Shown: positions 62,753 to 64,000 of the stretch, one piece after another
How positions within the stretch are numbered: position 1 is the first letter of the stretch
Layout of the letters: every line of letters begins with the position of its first letter
NCBI GenBank assembly: GCA_963815455.1
Contig: CAWFGO010000003.1
Location: 512,001-576,000, forward strand
Direction: 5' to 3'
DNA from: an uncultured Verrucomicrobiae bacterium
Lineage (GTDB): Bacteria; Verrucomicrobiota; Verrucomicrobiia; Chthoniobacterales; UBA10450
DNA length: 64,000 nt
Program-made: the position numbers and the translations under genes
The notes under the pieces: generated by a model
Databases searched by the model: none
What the model was told of the DNA's origin: nothing
Seen by the model: only the letters and a program-made list of their open reading frames with translations

Positions 62753-63628
62753 GTGCCCGTGGCAATGAAATCAATTGAACTCCACGGCGGGGGCCGCCTG
62801 ACTCTCGATGAATACGGCGACCCGCGGGGCGAACCGGTGTTTTTCTGTCATGGCTGGCCCAGTTCGCGTACGATGGGGCAACTGACGGATCAATCTGCCC
62901 GCGAACTAGGCGTCCGCATCATTTCGCCGGATCGGCCCGGCATCGCCGAGTCAACGCTCCAATCGGACCGCAAATTACTCGATTGGCCTCCGGTCTTGGA
63001 ACAACTCGCCGATCATCTGGGAATCGATCGGTTTCGCATCCTCGCCATTTCCGGTGGCGCGCCCTACGGGTACGCCACCGCCAAAGCGATGCCCCAACGC
63101 CTGCGCGCACTTGCCATCGTGAGCGGAGCGCCACCGATCGCCAATCTTCGCGATCATAGCGGTTTGCTCCGGCTTTATCGCTGGATGCTCGCGCTTTATC
63201 GAATCAATCCGGAGATTCTGCGAATCTGCTTTCGCGTGGCGCAGCCGTTTGCGTCACGCCGAATCCCGATCCGTTTGCGGCCATTATTTCTGAAATTGTT
63301 CCAAGGCGCCGACGCAGATGTTCTGCGTGATGACGTCGCTTTCGAATGCTGTTTCGAGAGCGCCCGCCGAGCGTGGCGCGGGTCGGTCGAGGGACTGTTG
63401 ATCGACGCTCAGGTCTATGCGGAGCCGTGGGGATTCCGGTTGGAAGATGTCGATGTTCCAGTTCGGTTATGGCACGGAAAAGAGGATCGCGCGTTTTCGT
63501 TCCGAGTCGCGGAAGGAGTGGCCCAGCGTCTGCCGAACTGCGAGGCGCGGATTGTCGAGCATGCCGGGCATTTTTCGTTGCCGATTCGTCACATGCGGGA
63601 AATCCTCGCAGACTTGATCGCGGTTTAG
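62753..63628 (+). CDS. alpha/beta hydrolase
   Basis: HGWPSSR, PDRPG, ISGGAPY, WHGKED, AGHF. Confidence 0.9.
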   Translation: MPVAMKSIELHGGGRLTLDEYGDPRGEPVFFCHGWPSSRTMGQLTDQSARELGVRIISPDRPGIAESTLQSDRKLLDWPPVLEQLADHLGIDRFRILAISGGAPYGYATAKAMPQRLRALAIVSGAPPIANLRDHSGLLRLYRWMLALYRINPEILRICFRVAQPFASRRIPIRLRPLFLKLFQGADADVLRDDVAFECCFESARRAWRGSVEGLLIDAQVYAEPWGFRLEDVDVPVRLWHGKEDRAFSFRVAEGVAQRLPNCEARIVEHAGHFSLPIRHMREILADLIAV

Positions 63629-63723
63629 CGTTGGTCGACTTGGCAACGGTTCTCATTAAAACCGGTTAATGAGATATGTAACTTTTTCTATGCCTTGGGC
63701 ACGGGCCACGCTAAAGCATAGTC

Positions 63724-64000
63724 GTGGAAGATTTCACAACAGGCGCGATTGCCAAGGAACCGGTCCGGCGGCAATGGAGCATTGAAGCGCCATTCGACGA
63801 GCGGGTGCGCGAACTGGTGCAGGAATGGGGCGCGGAGAAAACGCCGGAGCTGATCGAGGAGATGATCGTGACGGCGTTGAAGATCGCGCGCGACGAGATG
63901 GGCGTGGCCGATCTCAAGCTGATCAATCGTTCTCTTAAAGAATTGCGCTATGCCGGGAAAGTTTTCGCGCCCTACACCGACGTGCGAAAAGTGGCTGTAT
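63724..64000 (+). CDS. LOG-family (TIGR00730-like) protein, N-terminal part
   Basis: Manual translation ...DLKLINRSLKELRYAGKVFAPYTDVRKVAV, running off the window. Confidence 0.7.
   Translation, partial: MEDFTTGAIAKEPVRRQWSIEAPFDERVRELVQEWGAEKTPELIEEMIVTALKIARDEMGVADLKLINRSLKELRYAGKVFAPYTDVRKVAV

Noticed and set aside
122..63926. Numerous antisense and alternate-frame ORFs in the track
   Set aside because: They overlap well-supported genes, lack motifs, and are expected in GC-rich DNA.

Overview
Bacterial chromosomal DNA, moderately GC-rich. Gene content and repeat style suggest a Verrucomicrobiota (Chthoniobacterales/Spartobacteria-like) genome; this is inference. Many conserved genes carry single-base frameshifts that look like long-read consensus errors. 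From left to right: a partial ClpX-like ATPase; a type II secretion/pseudopilus cluster (gspHIJKLM on +, gspF-unknown-gspG on -); tRNA-Cys with two 145-bp tandem repeats; hemL; a GH/GT2 fusion; vapBC; SIMPL; rluD; a Ser/Thr kinase; a thioredoxin-like protein; FTR1; lolC/E; a REP-associated tyrosine transposase (RAYT) between two 88-bp hairpins; sufS/sufU; a 2H phosphoesterase next to rtcB; TPR genes; three N-terminally truncated Rhs toxin/immunity modules; metal transporters; a small GIY-YIG nuclease between tRNA-Pro and a remodelled tRNA-Pro copy; rpoZ; smpB; thpR; ruvA; an ArnT-like/PAP2 pair; tRNA-Ser; a radical SAM protein; SSADH; and egtB-egtD with a betaine-family ABC transporter. Three signals stand out. 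(1) All three tRNAs are followed by altered copies of their own 3' end: a swapped anticodon arm in the Pro copy, and 72-74 nt hairpin inserts at the same T-loop position in the Cys and Ser copies. (2) Several palindromic mini-elements sit in frame inside conserved proteins or supply their stop codons. (3) The Rhs orphan array is mosaic, with a motif conserved beyond the DPMGL cleavage site.
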